Of a stretch of DNA of 64,000 nt, positions 44,389 through 53,484 are shown piece after piece; positions within the stretch are counted from its first letter, which is position 1; every line of letters begins with the position of its first letter. This DNA is from an uncultured Alphaproteobacteria bacterium (GTDB lineage: Bacteria; Pseudomonadota; Alphaproteobacteria; Rs-D84), in NCBI GenBank assembly GCA_947367055.1, contig CANBCI010000003.1, positions 92,713 through 156,712 of the forward strand, given 5' to 3'. A program made the position numbers and the translations under genes. Below the pieces are notes generated by a model, which did no database searches, was not told where the DNA came from, and worked only from the letters and a program-made list of their open reading frames with translations.

Positions 44389-45444
44389 ATGAACTGCGCC
44401 CACAACATATATATTCATATCCCGTTCTGCATGTCAAAATGCAATTACTGCGCGTTTTTTTCTAGGCCCTGCGCCAACCCTGATTGGGACGCATACGCGA
44501 ACGGCATTTTATCCGAAATCGACAAATGGGGCGACGCATTGGGACGCGTAGCGGTGCCAACAATATTTTTTGGCGGCGGAACGCCGTCGCTGATGCCGGT
44601 GAAAATATTTGAACAGATTATTGCGCGTCTGGCGCGGACATTTAACCTGTCCAAAGATTGCGAAATTACATTGGAATCAAACCCGGGGACATTGACCGAC
44701 GACAAATTGTCGGATTTCATGACGGCCGGAATGAACCGGTTGTCAATCGGCGTCCAAAGGTTAAATGATGACGAGTTAAAATTTTTAGGGCGACGCCATG
44801 ACGCGAACGCGGCGCGCCGTTTGATTCAGGCGGGGTTGCATCGCGGGCTTCGCGTGTCGGCCGATTTTATTTACGGATTGCCGGGTGATGATGCGCGGTC
44901 CGTCGCGGCATTATGCCGTGAAATAAACAATCTTGGACTGCGCCACTGTTCAATGTATGAACTGACAATTGAACACGGCACACCGTTTGCAGGAATGAAT
45001 TTGAACATGCCGGACAACGACGCAATGGCCGAAATGTATGACGCGATTGACGCCACACTAAACATGCCACGATACGAGGTGTCAAATTACGCGGCCCCGG
45101 GCGACGAATGCAAACACAATCAAAACATTTGGGACGGCGCACCGTACATCGGCATTGGCCGCGGCGCGGCGGGCCGGCCATTTATTGCGGGCGTGTGGTA
45201 CGAACAATTGGGCGCGGGGGAAAAGTTTGAAAAACTCTCCATGAACGCCCGCGCGGTTGAAATGGTGTTGACCGGAATGCGGACACGGCGCGGCGTAAAA
45301 CTAACGCCATGCACACGGGGTGTGATAAACATGGATTTTGCGCACGGCGCCACCGGTCTTGTTGAAATTTCAGGCGACCGCCTGCGCGCCACAAAACAAG
45401 GCATTTTGATTTTGGATGATTTGATGATAAAATTGGTAAAATAA
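44389..45444 (+). CDS. hemW: Radical SAM HemW/HemN-like protein
   Basis: IYIHIPFCMSKCNYCAF, GGGTPS. Confidence 0.85.
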   Translation: MNCAHNIYIHIPFCMSKCNYCAFFSRPCANPDWDAYANGILSEIDKWGDALGRVAVPTIFFGGGTPSLMPVKIFEQIIARLARTFNLSKDCEITLESNPGTLTDDKLSDFMTAGMNRLSIGVQRLNDDELKFLGRRHDANAARRLIQAGLHRGLRVSADFIYGLPGDDARSVAALCREINNLGLRHCSMYELTIEHGTPFAGMNLNMPDNDAMAEMYDAIDATLNMPRYEVSNYAAPGDECKHNQNIWDGAPYIGIGRGAAGRPFIAGVWYEQLGAGEKFEKLSMNARAVEMVLTGMRTRRGVKLTPCTRGVINMDFAHGATGLVEISGDRLRATKQGILILDDLMIKLVK

Positions 45445-45445
45445 A

Positions 45446-47431
45446 ATGGAAAGCAAATTCTTGAACATTATCGGCATAATTTCGGTTGCGATTGCAATTG
45501 GGTTTGCCATACACAGCACAAAGGGAACAAAAATGACAATCGGAATTCAGACGCAAAACATGGACACAACCATAAACCCGGGAAACGATTTTTATGATTA
45601 TGCGACACTTGGCTGGCGGCGTGCGAATCCGATTCCGGACGATTATTCCAGATATGGCGCATGGGAAATTATACGCAACACAAACCTGGAACGCGTGCGC
45701 GAAATCGCCGAAACCGATAACGGGAAAATTGGCAAGCTTTATAAAATTGCGATGGATGATAAAAAACTAAACCGCGACGGCGTAAGCCCGGTTGCGCCGC
45801 AAATAAAAGAAATTGATGCGATAAAATCAATTGATGAACTGCCCGCGTTTTTGGGGCGCATGCACGCCATAACATCCACATTCTGGGGCGACGGCGTGGA
45901 CCTTGATGAAATGGACAGCAACCATTACCTCTACTATTTATATCAGGGCGGCATTGGCCTGGCGCGCGATTACTTTTTCGACACCGATGAAAAGTCGGCG
46001 GAAATTCGAAAGCTCTATAAAAAATACATTGAAAAAATAACACAAAATTTTGGCATTGATGCGAATCCCGAAAAAATATATGCACTGGAAGAACGCATGG
46101 CCAAATCATTTTACCCAAAGGAAAAACTGCGCGACCCGCATGCAAACTATCACAAAATGTCCGTCGCCGAAATAAAGAAAGAAATACCGAATTTTGACTG
46201 GGACGCATATTTGTCGGCACGCGGCGCCGCGGCGGCAACGCACATCAACATCGCACAACCAGAGGCTATAAAAGAATCCGTCGCCATAATGCACGACACG
46301 GATTTGGAATTGATAAAGTCATACCTGAAATACCAAATTGCAAATTCCGCCGCGTCCGTTTTGGACGATGCGACATATGAAATCGCATTTGATTTCTATA
46401 ACCGCGCCATGGCCGGACAAAAGGAACAAAAGCCCCGCTGGAAACGCGCAATTGCAATGTTGGATGGGTCAATCGGGGACGAAATCGGGCGCCTGTATGT
46501 TGAAAAATATTTCCCGGCGGCGGCGAAAAAGCGCATGCAGGATTTGGTTGAAAACCTGCGCCGGGCATACGCGATGCGCATTGAAAATCTGGAATGGATG
46601 TCGGATGACACGAAATCGCGGGCACTGGAAAAACTGGCGCGGTTCAATGTAAAAATCGGATACCCAGACAAATGGATTGATTACAGCAAACTGGAAATCA
46701 AGGATGATTCATTATGGGAAAACATGATGCGCGTCGCACGGTTCGAAGACCAATACTGGCTGGACAAAATCGGTCGTGAAAAAGACCCAACCATATGGCA
46801 CATGAACGCGCACGAAGTCAACGCGTATTATGATATGTCAATGAATGAAATTTGTTTCCCGGCCGGAATATTGCAGCCGCCCTTCTTTGACATGACGGCC
46901 GACGACGCGTTTAATTATGGCGCAATCGGGGCGATTATCGGGCATGAAATGACGCACGGCTTTGACGACAGCGGCCGCAACTTTGACGCAAACGGCAACA
47001 TGCGCGATTGGTGGACGGCCGACGACGCCGACGCATTCAACAAACGCACAAATGTTATGCGCGAATTTTTCAACCGGATTGAAATCGCCCCCGGCGTAAA
47101 CGCAAACGGTGAATTTACACTGGGCGAAAACCTGGCGGACTATGGCGGAATGACAATCGCATACACCGCGTTCAAGAACTTTGGCACCCCGTGCGAAACG
47201 GTAAATGATTTGACGCCGGACATGCGGTTCTTTTTGGCGAACGCCGGCGCATGGGCGCAAAACATCCGTAGCGACGAAGAAATCCGCCTGACAAAAATAG
47301 ACGAGCATTCCCTGGGGCGCAACCGTGTCAACGGCATATATCCGCACATTGACGCATGGTACGACGCATTTGGGATAAAATCGGGCGACAAAATGTATGT
47401 TGCCCCCGGCGACCGCGTTAAGTTATGGTAA
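45446..47431 (+). CDS. pepO: M13-family zinc metallopeptidase
   Basis: HEMTHGFD, GENLADYGG. Confidence 0.9.
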   Translation: MESKFLNIIGIISVAIAIGFAIHSTKGTKMTIGIQTQNMDTTINPGNDFYDYATLGWRRANPIPDDYSRYGAWEIIRNTNLERVREIAETDNGKIGKLYKIAMDDKKLNRDGVSPVAPQIKEIDAIKSIDELPAFLGRMHAITSTFWGDGVDLDEMDSNHYLYYLYQGGIGLARDYFFDTDEKSAEIRKLYKKYIEKITQNFGIDANPEKIYALEERMAKSFYPKEKLRDPHANYHKMSVAEIKKEIPNFDWDAYLSARGAAAATHINIAQPEAIKESVAIMHDTDLELIKSYLKYQIANSAASVLDDATYEIAFDFYNRAMAGQKEQKPRWKRAIAMLDGSIGDEIGRLYVEKYFPAAAKKRMQDLVENLRRAYAMRIENLEWMSDDTKSRALEKLARFNVKIGYPDKWIDYSKLEIKDDSLWENMMRVARFEDQYWLDKIGREKDPTIWHMNAHEVNAYYDMSMNEICFPAGILQPPFFDMTADDAFNYGAIGAIIGHEMTHGFDDSGRNFDANGNMRDWWTADDADAFNKRTNVMREFFNRIEIAPGVNANGEFTLGENLADYGGMTIAYTAFKNFGTPCETVNDLTPDMRFFLANAGAWAQNIRSDEEIRLTKIDEHSLGRNRVNGIYPHIDAWYDAFGIKSGDKMYVAPGDRVKLW

Positions 47432-47442
47432 GGCGCAAAAAT

Positions 47443-47468
47443 AAAAATCCCGCACACGCGGGATTTTT
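47443..47468. terminator. Bidirectional intrinsic terminator
   Basis: AAAAATCCCGC-ACAC-GCGGGATTTTT. Confidence 0.7.
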
Positions 47469-48390
47469 ATTTTTCAAACACCGCAAAGATTTCCCAGTGG
47501 GCACTACCCACAAACTGATCGACGGGAACAAGTTTTGTTATTTTATACCCGCCACGAATCAGGGTCGCCGCATCGCGGCGAAATGTGTCCGGATTGCACG
47601 AAACATAAATCACGCGCGCTACATCCGATTTAATCAGTTCACGGCACTGCGCATCCGCACCGGCACGCGGCGGATCCATAACGACGCAGTCATATTCGCG
47701 CAACATGCCCGGCGTTAGCGGATTGCGGAACAAATCGCGCGACGCGCCCACGCCAAAAATATCAAACCCGCGCGCATTTAGTGAAAATGTAAAATTCCCC
47801 AGCCCGCAAAACAAATCCGCCACGCGGCGCGCACCACGCGCGGCATCAACAACCAACGCCCGCAGCGCCGATTCCCCGGCAACAGACGGCTGCAAGAAAC
47901 CGTTTGGCGGATATTCAACCGAATTTCCGTCAAAACTTATCCGCGGGACCTGCGTCTGATGCACGACGCGGCCATTCCATGTCACACGAATTACGGGCAG
48001 ACGCGCGGCCGCGCGCGCAAACGCCGCATCAAAATGCGGAACATCCGAATTTATACAAACATCAATTCCATTGTCGCACTTCGTCACCAGGCACGATCCC
48101 GCCCCCGGCATCGGCAGCGCGGCCAGCGCCGGCAAAATATTATTTATGTCCGCATCCAAATTCGGGCAATTTCGCACGGGTACAATATTTTTAGACCCGC
48201 GTTCAAACATTCCAAATTCACCCGCCGCGAAACAGAAATCTGCACGACGGCGGCCGCCCGGCGCAATCCAAACGGGGTCATCGGTCGGGGTGACGCCGCG
48301 TAATGCACCTAATTTTTTTTCGCGATAGTTTTCATCTGCAAAATCAAATTTGCACCCGCCGCAACGATTAAAGAAAGGACACATCGCCAT
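47467..48390 (-). CDS. SAM-dependent RNA (uracil-5) methyltransferase, TrmA/RlmD family
   Basis: The N-terminal Fe-S cysteines are CPFFNRCGGCKF. Other motifs are DLFCGLGNF, DPPRAGA and YVSCNP. Confidence 0.85.
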   Translation of the reverse strand: MAMCPFFNRCGGCKFDFADENYREKKLGALRGVTPTDDPVWIAPGGRRRADFCFAAGEFGMFERGSKNIVPVRNCPNLDADINNILPALAALPMPGAGSCLVTKCDNGIDVCINSDVPHFDAAFARAAARLPVIRVTWNGRVVHQTQVPRISFDGNSVEYPPNGFLQPSVAGESALRALVVDAARGARRVADLFCGLGNFTFSLNARGFDIFGVGASRDLFRNPLTPGMLREYDCVVMDPPRAGADAQCRELIKSDVARVIYVSCNPDTFRRDAATLIRGGYKITKLVPVDQFVGSAHWEIFAVFEK

Positions 48391-48398
48391 AATTTATT

Positions 48399-49055
48399 TT
48401 AGAAATTCACGCGCGCGCCCGCCTGGAACTGATGCGCGGTCGGCGCCAGGTCGGACACACCCGCGACATCCGGGGTCATCATGTACAGATAACGGTACCC
48501 CAAATCAACCGCAAAGTGACCGCCCATTTCAATCGCGAACCCGGCCATAACATTAAAGACCGGCACAACCTCGTTCCCCAGTTTTACGCCGTCATCCGCC
48601 GACAACCATGCCGCACCCGCGCCCGCGCCAACATACGGGACAATCGTCTGCGTCCGAAACAGGCGGTAAATACTATCGATTCTGGCGTCAAATATTGCGT
48701 TTATCATCGCCGTGTCCGCCGTCATTTTCAATTCGTTCCATTTCGGGGCAAGGCGGGAATAATTCGCCTCTAGCCGGAAAGTATCATACAGGCGCACGCC
48801 CGCCATTACGTCGAATCCGTCGGTATTTTTGCCCCCCAGATGAACATTTTTGTCATCGGTGAACGCGTCCCACATTGAAAAGTTATACGCCCCACCGATG
48901 TAAAAGCGGTGTTCGCGCGCATACGATGTGCGGTCCGACCCGTTTTGGGCGCGCGCGGCGGCGGGGGATGCGACCTGCTCTACCCGGTATGGGATTGCGG
49001 CATTTGCCGATAATGTCACCAGGCCCAACAAACCAAACAATATTTTTGCTTTCAT
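48399..49055 (-). CDS. Omp25/31-like small porin-family protein
   Basis: It has a signal peptide and an 8-strand-like pattern, and ends ...GARVNF. Confidence 0.75.
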   Translation of the reverse strand: MKAKILFGLLGLVTLSANAAIPYRVEQVASPAAARAQNGSDRTSYAREHRFYIGGAYNFSMWDAFTDDKNVHLGGKNTDGFDVMAGVRLYDTFRLEANYSRLAPKWNELKMTADTAMINAIFDARIDSIYRLFRTQTIVPYVGAGAGAAWLSADDGVKLGNEVVPVFNVMAGFAIEMGGHFAVDLGYRYLYMMTPDVAGVSDLAPTAHQFQAGARVNF

Positions 49056-49069
49056 CTTTTTATCCCCTA

Positions 49070-49831
49070 TCAGAAATTAACCCGGAACGACGCGACAACA
49101 TTGCTGACGCTGGCGCTGGTGTCACCCTTCCAGCCAAAGCCGTCACTAATCATCAACTGATATTGATACGCAATGTCAACGCCGAATAAATCATTGAACA
49201 TTATGTTAAAACCGATTTCCGCACGCGGCGCCGCCAAGACCAATCCGTCCGCACCATTTGCGCCGTCAAACCTATACTGGCCCACACCGGCGCCGATGCC
49301 CATAAACGGAACAAATACGCGCCGCCGCGTCACATCGCCCGTTTGAACATAGCGACGCGCGAAATCAAAGTACAGCATTCCGGACAGGGTCTGGAAACTG
49401 GCCCCGTTGTCGGTATGCGCAAAATTAAGTGTCATTGTTTGAAAATCGATTTCCGTGCGGACAAAGGACGACAAATTCCACCCCAGCCCGATTTCGGCGG
49501 TGTACCCGCCGCGGGCATCATATTCGGTGGCATTGGATTTTGCCGCGCTGGTCGCGGCTCCGATGTTTAGCCCCGCGCCCGCGCGCATATACATTGTCGT
49601 CGGGACAAAGACGCGCACATCGGACGCATCCACGGCATCCATTGTCTGATACACTTCGTACCCCAGTTCACCGGGGGCGGCCGCGCTGGACGCGACATCA
49701 ATGGTTTCGCGCACCGTCACAATATCCAGCCCGCGCTGAATTTCCGATTGTAATTTTTTATTGTTTGCGGCATCGGCGGGCCCCGAAACGCACACCGCCG
49801 CCATTAAACAAAAATAAGATATTTTTTTCAT
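49070..49831 (-). CDS. Porin-family outer-membrane protein
   Basis: It has a signal peptide and ends ...SFRVNF. Confidence 0.7.
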   Translation of the reverse strand: MKKISYFCLMAAVCVSGPADAANNKKLQSEIQRGLDIVTVRETIDVASSAAAPGELGYEVYQTMDAVDASDVRVFVPTTMYMRAGAGLNIGAATSAAKSNATEYDARGGYTAEIGLGWNLSSFVRTEIDFQTMTLNFAHTDNGASFQTLSGMLYFDFARRYVQTGDVTRRRVFVPFMGIGAGVGQYRFDGANGADGLVLAAPRAEIGFNIMFNDLFGVDIAYQYQLMISDGFGWKGDTSASVSNVVASFRVNF

Positions 49832-49916
49832 GCTTTTACCTGCCTGTTATTATCGGTCAAATTGTATCACAAATTGCGACTTGATTCCAGCCCGATTTAC
49901 GCGTACCATACACATC

Positions 49917-50747
49917 ATGAATAAAGCGAAACAAAATTCGGATAAAAAGATAGCCCTGGTCGCAGGTGCGCTTGATTTGCCATTTTTCACACGCGACGCA
50001 TTACGGCGTGCGGGCTGGGATGTGTTTGTGGTGGGACTAAAAAACTTTTATGACCCGCGACTGGAACCGGACATGGTGGTGCGCCTGGGGGGCGGTGGTC
50101 GTGCGGTGCGTGAATTTCGCCGCCGCGGGATAAACAAACTGACCTTTGTCGGGGCGTTGGGTCATGTAAATTTATCGGACATACGGCCGGATTTATGGTC
50201 GATATTCGCACTGATTAGCATTATGAAACATCAACGGGGGTATGATTCAATGGCGGTTGCATTAAACAAAGTTTTGGAAAAGCGTGGATTATCGGTTGTC
50301 GCCGCCCAGGATTTGGCGCCGGAATTGGCGTTTGAAACGGCGGGGGTAAAGACCAAGACGCGCCCGAGTGCGCGTGACCGGCGCGACATTGAACGCGCGA
50401 TTGAGGTATCACACACAATCGGCGCGGCGGACATAGGCGCATCGGTTGTCGTTGACAAGCAGGTCTTTGCCGTAGAGGCCGCCGAAGGCACCGCCAAAAT
50501 GTTGGAACGGGTTGTTGCGATGCGAAAAAATTACAAGAAATCATCGGGCGTGTTTGCCAAGATGACCAAACCCGGCCAAGATTTGCGGATTGACATTCCG
50601 GCGATTGGCGTTGATACGGTGAACGCGGTTGCGGACGCGCACCTAAAAGGGATTGTGGTCAACGCCAAGACCTGCTTTGTCGTGGACAAGGCAAACGTGA
50701 TACAGCAGGCCAACCGCCGCGGCATATTTATAATCGCCATGGACTAG
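49917..50747 (+). CDS. lpxI: UDP-2,3-diacylglucosamine pyrophosphatase LpxI (DUF1009)
   Basis: KIALVAGALDLP ... GASVVVDKQVFAVEAAEGTAKMLERV. Confidence 0.8.
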   Translation: MNKAKQNSDKKIALVAGALDLPFFTRDALRRAGWDVFVVGLKNFYDPRLEPDMVVRLGGGGRAVREFRRRGINKLTFVGALGHVNLSDIRPDLWSIFALISIMKHQRGYDSMAVALNKVLEKRGLSVVAAQDLAPELAFETAGVKTKTRPSARDRRDIERAIEVSHTIGAADIGASVVVDKQVFAVEAAEGTAKMLERVVAMRKNYKKSSGVFAKMTKPGQDLRIDIPAIGVDTVNAVADAHLKGIVVNAKTCFVVDKANVIQQANRRGIFIIAMD

Positions 50748-51016
50748 GGCATTTTTGCCATAACCATTTCGATAAATTCAGGCCATGTCGTGTTTGTTGC
50801 ATGCAACATTCTATCCACTGTTTCAAATGTCGGAAACCGCGGGCGACCGGTGCGGGACGCATAACGCTTTGACGGGTTGAACGCGGTTAAAGTCAATCCC
50901 GTTATACGCGCCAGACCGCATGCCGTCAGTCCATTATTCGCCGCGAGTTCATCAATCGCCGCCCACAACGCGCCATGAAATTCACGCAGAGCCCCGTCTA
51001 TTTTATTTAGCCACAT
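50744..51016 (-). CDS. Small HTH DNA-binding protein (paralogue of 5071-5322)
   Basis: LTACGLARITGLTLTAFNPSKRY. Confidence 0.55.
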   Translation of the reverse strand: MWLNKIDGALREFHGALWAAIDELAANNGLTACGLARITGLTLTAFNPSKRYASRTGRPRFPTFETVDRMLHATNTTWPEFIEMVMAKMP

Positions 51017-51356
51017 TTAGACGCCGTATTATATTTAATATCATTTTCTTGTCCGCGTCATTCATTTGGCACAGACACCGGATTATATCCCGCATTGTTT
51101 GGTCATACACGGCGTTGTACCGTTCAACCTCGCCAAACAATGTGCTAACCGGCATTTCCATTGCCTGCGCGATTTGAAACAAACGCGACGCAGATATTCG
51201 ATTACCGGCGGTTTCATATTTTTGTAATTGCTGAAAAGTGACACCGATTTTACGCGCCAAATCCTTTTGTCGCATGCCAAATTTATTGCGCCAATTTGCA
51301 ACAATTTGGCCGATATAGACATCGATTTCACTTGGCTTAAATGGCCGACCAGACAT
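51003..51356 (-). CDS. XRE-family transcriptional regulator
   Basis: GMRQKDLARKIGVTFQQLQKYETAGNRISASRL. An AGGGGAG SD is present. Confidence 0.8.
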   Translation of the reverse strand: MSGRPFKPSEIDVYIGQIVANWRNKFGMRQKDLARKIGVTFQQLQKYETAGNRISASRLFQIAQAMEMPVSTLFGEVERYNAVYDQTMRDIIRCLCQMNDADKKMILNIIRRLNVAK

Positions 51357-51392
51357 GTTCTTATCTCCCCTGTTTTTTATTAAAAACAAAAA

Positions 51393-51415
51393 CCACTGGA
51401 AATTATTTCAAGTGG
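51393..51415. promoter_or_regulatory. Imperfect 23-bp palindrome (operator candidate)
   Basis: CCACTgGAAAt-t-aTTTCaAGTGG lies between the XRE gene start and the first array module. Confidence 0.35.
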
Positions 51416-52972
51416 CTGGAGGATAGAAACAATACGAAAGTCGATTGCCCTGTTTATTTAAATATATCACAGGCCTCCAGCCATTTCGACTGGACAAGAC
51501 AATGCCCACGTGGGCTTCTTTCGTATCTTGAGGTTTCTATGCCCCATTTGCAACAGGAGTAAATACCAATATGCGTTCCGAATTATATCAGTTGCAGGAC
51601 ATATTTCCACAAAAAAATGCGTGCTACTAATATAAAAACCCATCAAATAACAGACGGGCTGGAGGTTAGTATTTGCACGCTTACTTGCTCACCGTCTATT
51701 CAATATATTCAACGGCCTCCAACCCTGTCGGATTGGGTTTTCGCCCACGTGGGCGATAAGCGCGCGGCATACTAATTCCGCATAATGGAACACCCATTAC
51801 AATTAGTACTATATCCTATATTTATAAATTATGCAAACAATTATTACGGGAATTAAATACACAATTTCGCATTATTAAATAATTAAAATGGTTGGAGTTA
51901 AAATGATACTCAAACGTTATCCCGGCTTATTCAATATATTCGCCGACTCCAACCAACACTTGGTGGAGCATTTTACGCCTGCAGGCGGTTCTAGTGAGCG
52001 AGATTTCAGCTCGCACTTTTTTGCAACAGGGGGATGCCCATTACAATCATATTGTATCACATACATTTATAATTGCAACCGCCAAAATCTCTAGAAGACC
52101 GGGGCGGGAGTTACAGAACACATTACCAGAATGTGCCGATTGAAATTCAACCGGTCTCCCAACCCCGGATAGGGTTGAAAGTTTTACGCCTTTGCAGACA
52201 ACTGGTAATCGAGTTCTGTATTCTCGAGCAACGGAACTCCCGTTGCAACAAGTACTATATCCTATTTTTTATCATATTGCAAACAATTATTACGGGAATT
52301 AAATACACAATTTCGCATTATTAAATAATTAAAATGGTTGGGTGTTCGTAACAATACAAGCATTGCCCGCTTTATTCAATATATTCAGCGGTCCCCAACC
52401 AAATGGCTGGAAGTTAGTAACTGCACAGTAGCATGCAAGTGATTTATTTGGTTATTCATCACCATCCAGCCAGATTATATTTTACCGTACACCACGCATA
52501 CTTGCAAACAATTATTACAGGAATTAAATACACAATTTCGCATTATTAAAAATTAAAATGGTTGGAGCTGAAAAAGATAGTAAAACTTATCCCGGCTTAT
52601 TCGATATATTCGCCGGCTCCAACCAAATGGCTGGAAGTTAGTAACTGCACATACCATGCAAGTGATTTATTTGGTTATTCATCACCATCCAGCCAGATTA
52701 TATTTTACCGTACACCACGCATACTTGCAAACAATTATTACGGGAATTCTGGTATAATATTCGCATAAATAAATTTGTTGAAAATAACAAAACCTTATTT
52801 TATAATATACTCAACGTGATGAAAAATCACGCCGGGGTGTCGAAACCCTTAGTTCATTGATGTCCGTGGGGACATAAAAAACTCCACACCATATTTTAAT
52901 AATGGTTGGAGAATGGTGGGATAACCAATACACCATACTATTTTCATGAGCTATAGTTTCGAATCTCCAACC
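51414..52972 (+). repeat. Array of nine 65-70-nt stem-closed modules (candidate structured sRNA genes)
   Basis: Modules: A 51414-51482, B 51656-51725, C 51890-51954, D 52099-52168, E 52336-52400, F 52405-52471, G 52560-52624, H 52629-52694, I 52904-52972. Each is closed by a 7-12-bp GGYTGGRG.../...CYCCARCC-type stem. Confidence 0.6.
51994..52022 (+). terminator. Intrinsic terminator inside the array (after module C)
   Basis: A GCGAG-ATTTCAG-CTCGC stem-loop followed by TTTTTT. Confidence 0.5.
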
Positions 52973-53093
52973 ACCTTGTTTTTTTCCCGGTGGTTATTAT
53001 TTTAAGTAAGTATGTTCCGGTGCGGGGTGATTTGTTTCTCATCTCCCAAACAAAAAGAAAATGGGTCGCATCGCCACCGGAACACCCGGTTTC

Positions 53094-53123
53094 AAAAATC
53101 CCCGCAAAACTGCGGGGATTTTT
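53094..53123 (-). terminator. Intrinsic terminator of the FKBP gene
   Basis: AAAAATCCCCGC-AAAA-CTGCGGGGATTTTT. Confidence 0.7.
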
Positions 53124-53139
53124 AAGTCTAATTTCATCC

Positions 53140-53469
53140 TTATTGTCGAATGATGTCGTTCACCGTCACCTGAAACACAACGGCACGGCCCGCCATTTCC
53201 GGATAATAATTCTGGGGGAATGTAATGTTGACACTGCGTACTTCGCCAACCTCGGCCCCGATCAGTTGTTCTTCGAATCCGGGAACGAACGTGCCACTGC
53301 CCAGCGTCAACGGATAATCATGCCCCGTGCCGCCTGGAAACTGAACCCCGTCCATATATCCCGCAAAATCAATTACAACCGTGTCGCCAACCTGCGCGCC
53401 GGCATGACTGTCGCACGCCGCCACACCAAACACACCGCACAGGCCCAATACCGCCATTATCTTTTTCAT
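53140..53469 (-). CDS. FKBP-type peptidyl-prolyl isomerase lipoprotein
   Basis: It has a lipobox (LGLCGVFGVAAC) and the GDTVVIDFAGYMDGVQF...GSGTFVPGFEEQLIG PPIase core. Confidence 0.8.
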   Translation of the reverse strand: MKKIMAVLGLCGVFGVAACDSHAGAQVGDTVVIDFAGYMDGVQFPGGTGHDYPLTLGSGTFVPGFEEQLIGAEVGEVRSVNITFPQNYYPEMAGRAVVFQVTVNDIIRQ

Positions 53470-53484
53470 ATTCGCACGCCCCTT

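Noticed and set aside
51888-52768. The 68-aa ORFs (51888-52094, 52562-52768) and short ATGGTTGG.../ATGGCTGG... frames as peptide genes or type I toxins
   Set aside because: The frames are not conserved between paralogous modules; module E stops after 5 codons, and F and H after 4. Substitutions preserve base pairing rather than codons, and no hydrophobic toxin-like peptide is encoded on either strand.
51414-52972. The module array as an integron attC/cassette array
   Set aside because: In attC sites the RYYYAAC box is at the 5' end and GTTRRRY at the 3' end. Here each module starts with GGTTGGAG and ends with CTCCAACC, the opposite polarity on either strand. There is no intI gene nearby, and the spaces between modules hold no cassette ORFs.
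51414-52972. The module array as a CRISPR array
   Set aside because: There is no constant short repeat alternating with unique spacers of regular length. The units are 65-70 nt, internally structured and irregularly spaced, and no cas genes are present.
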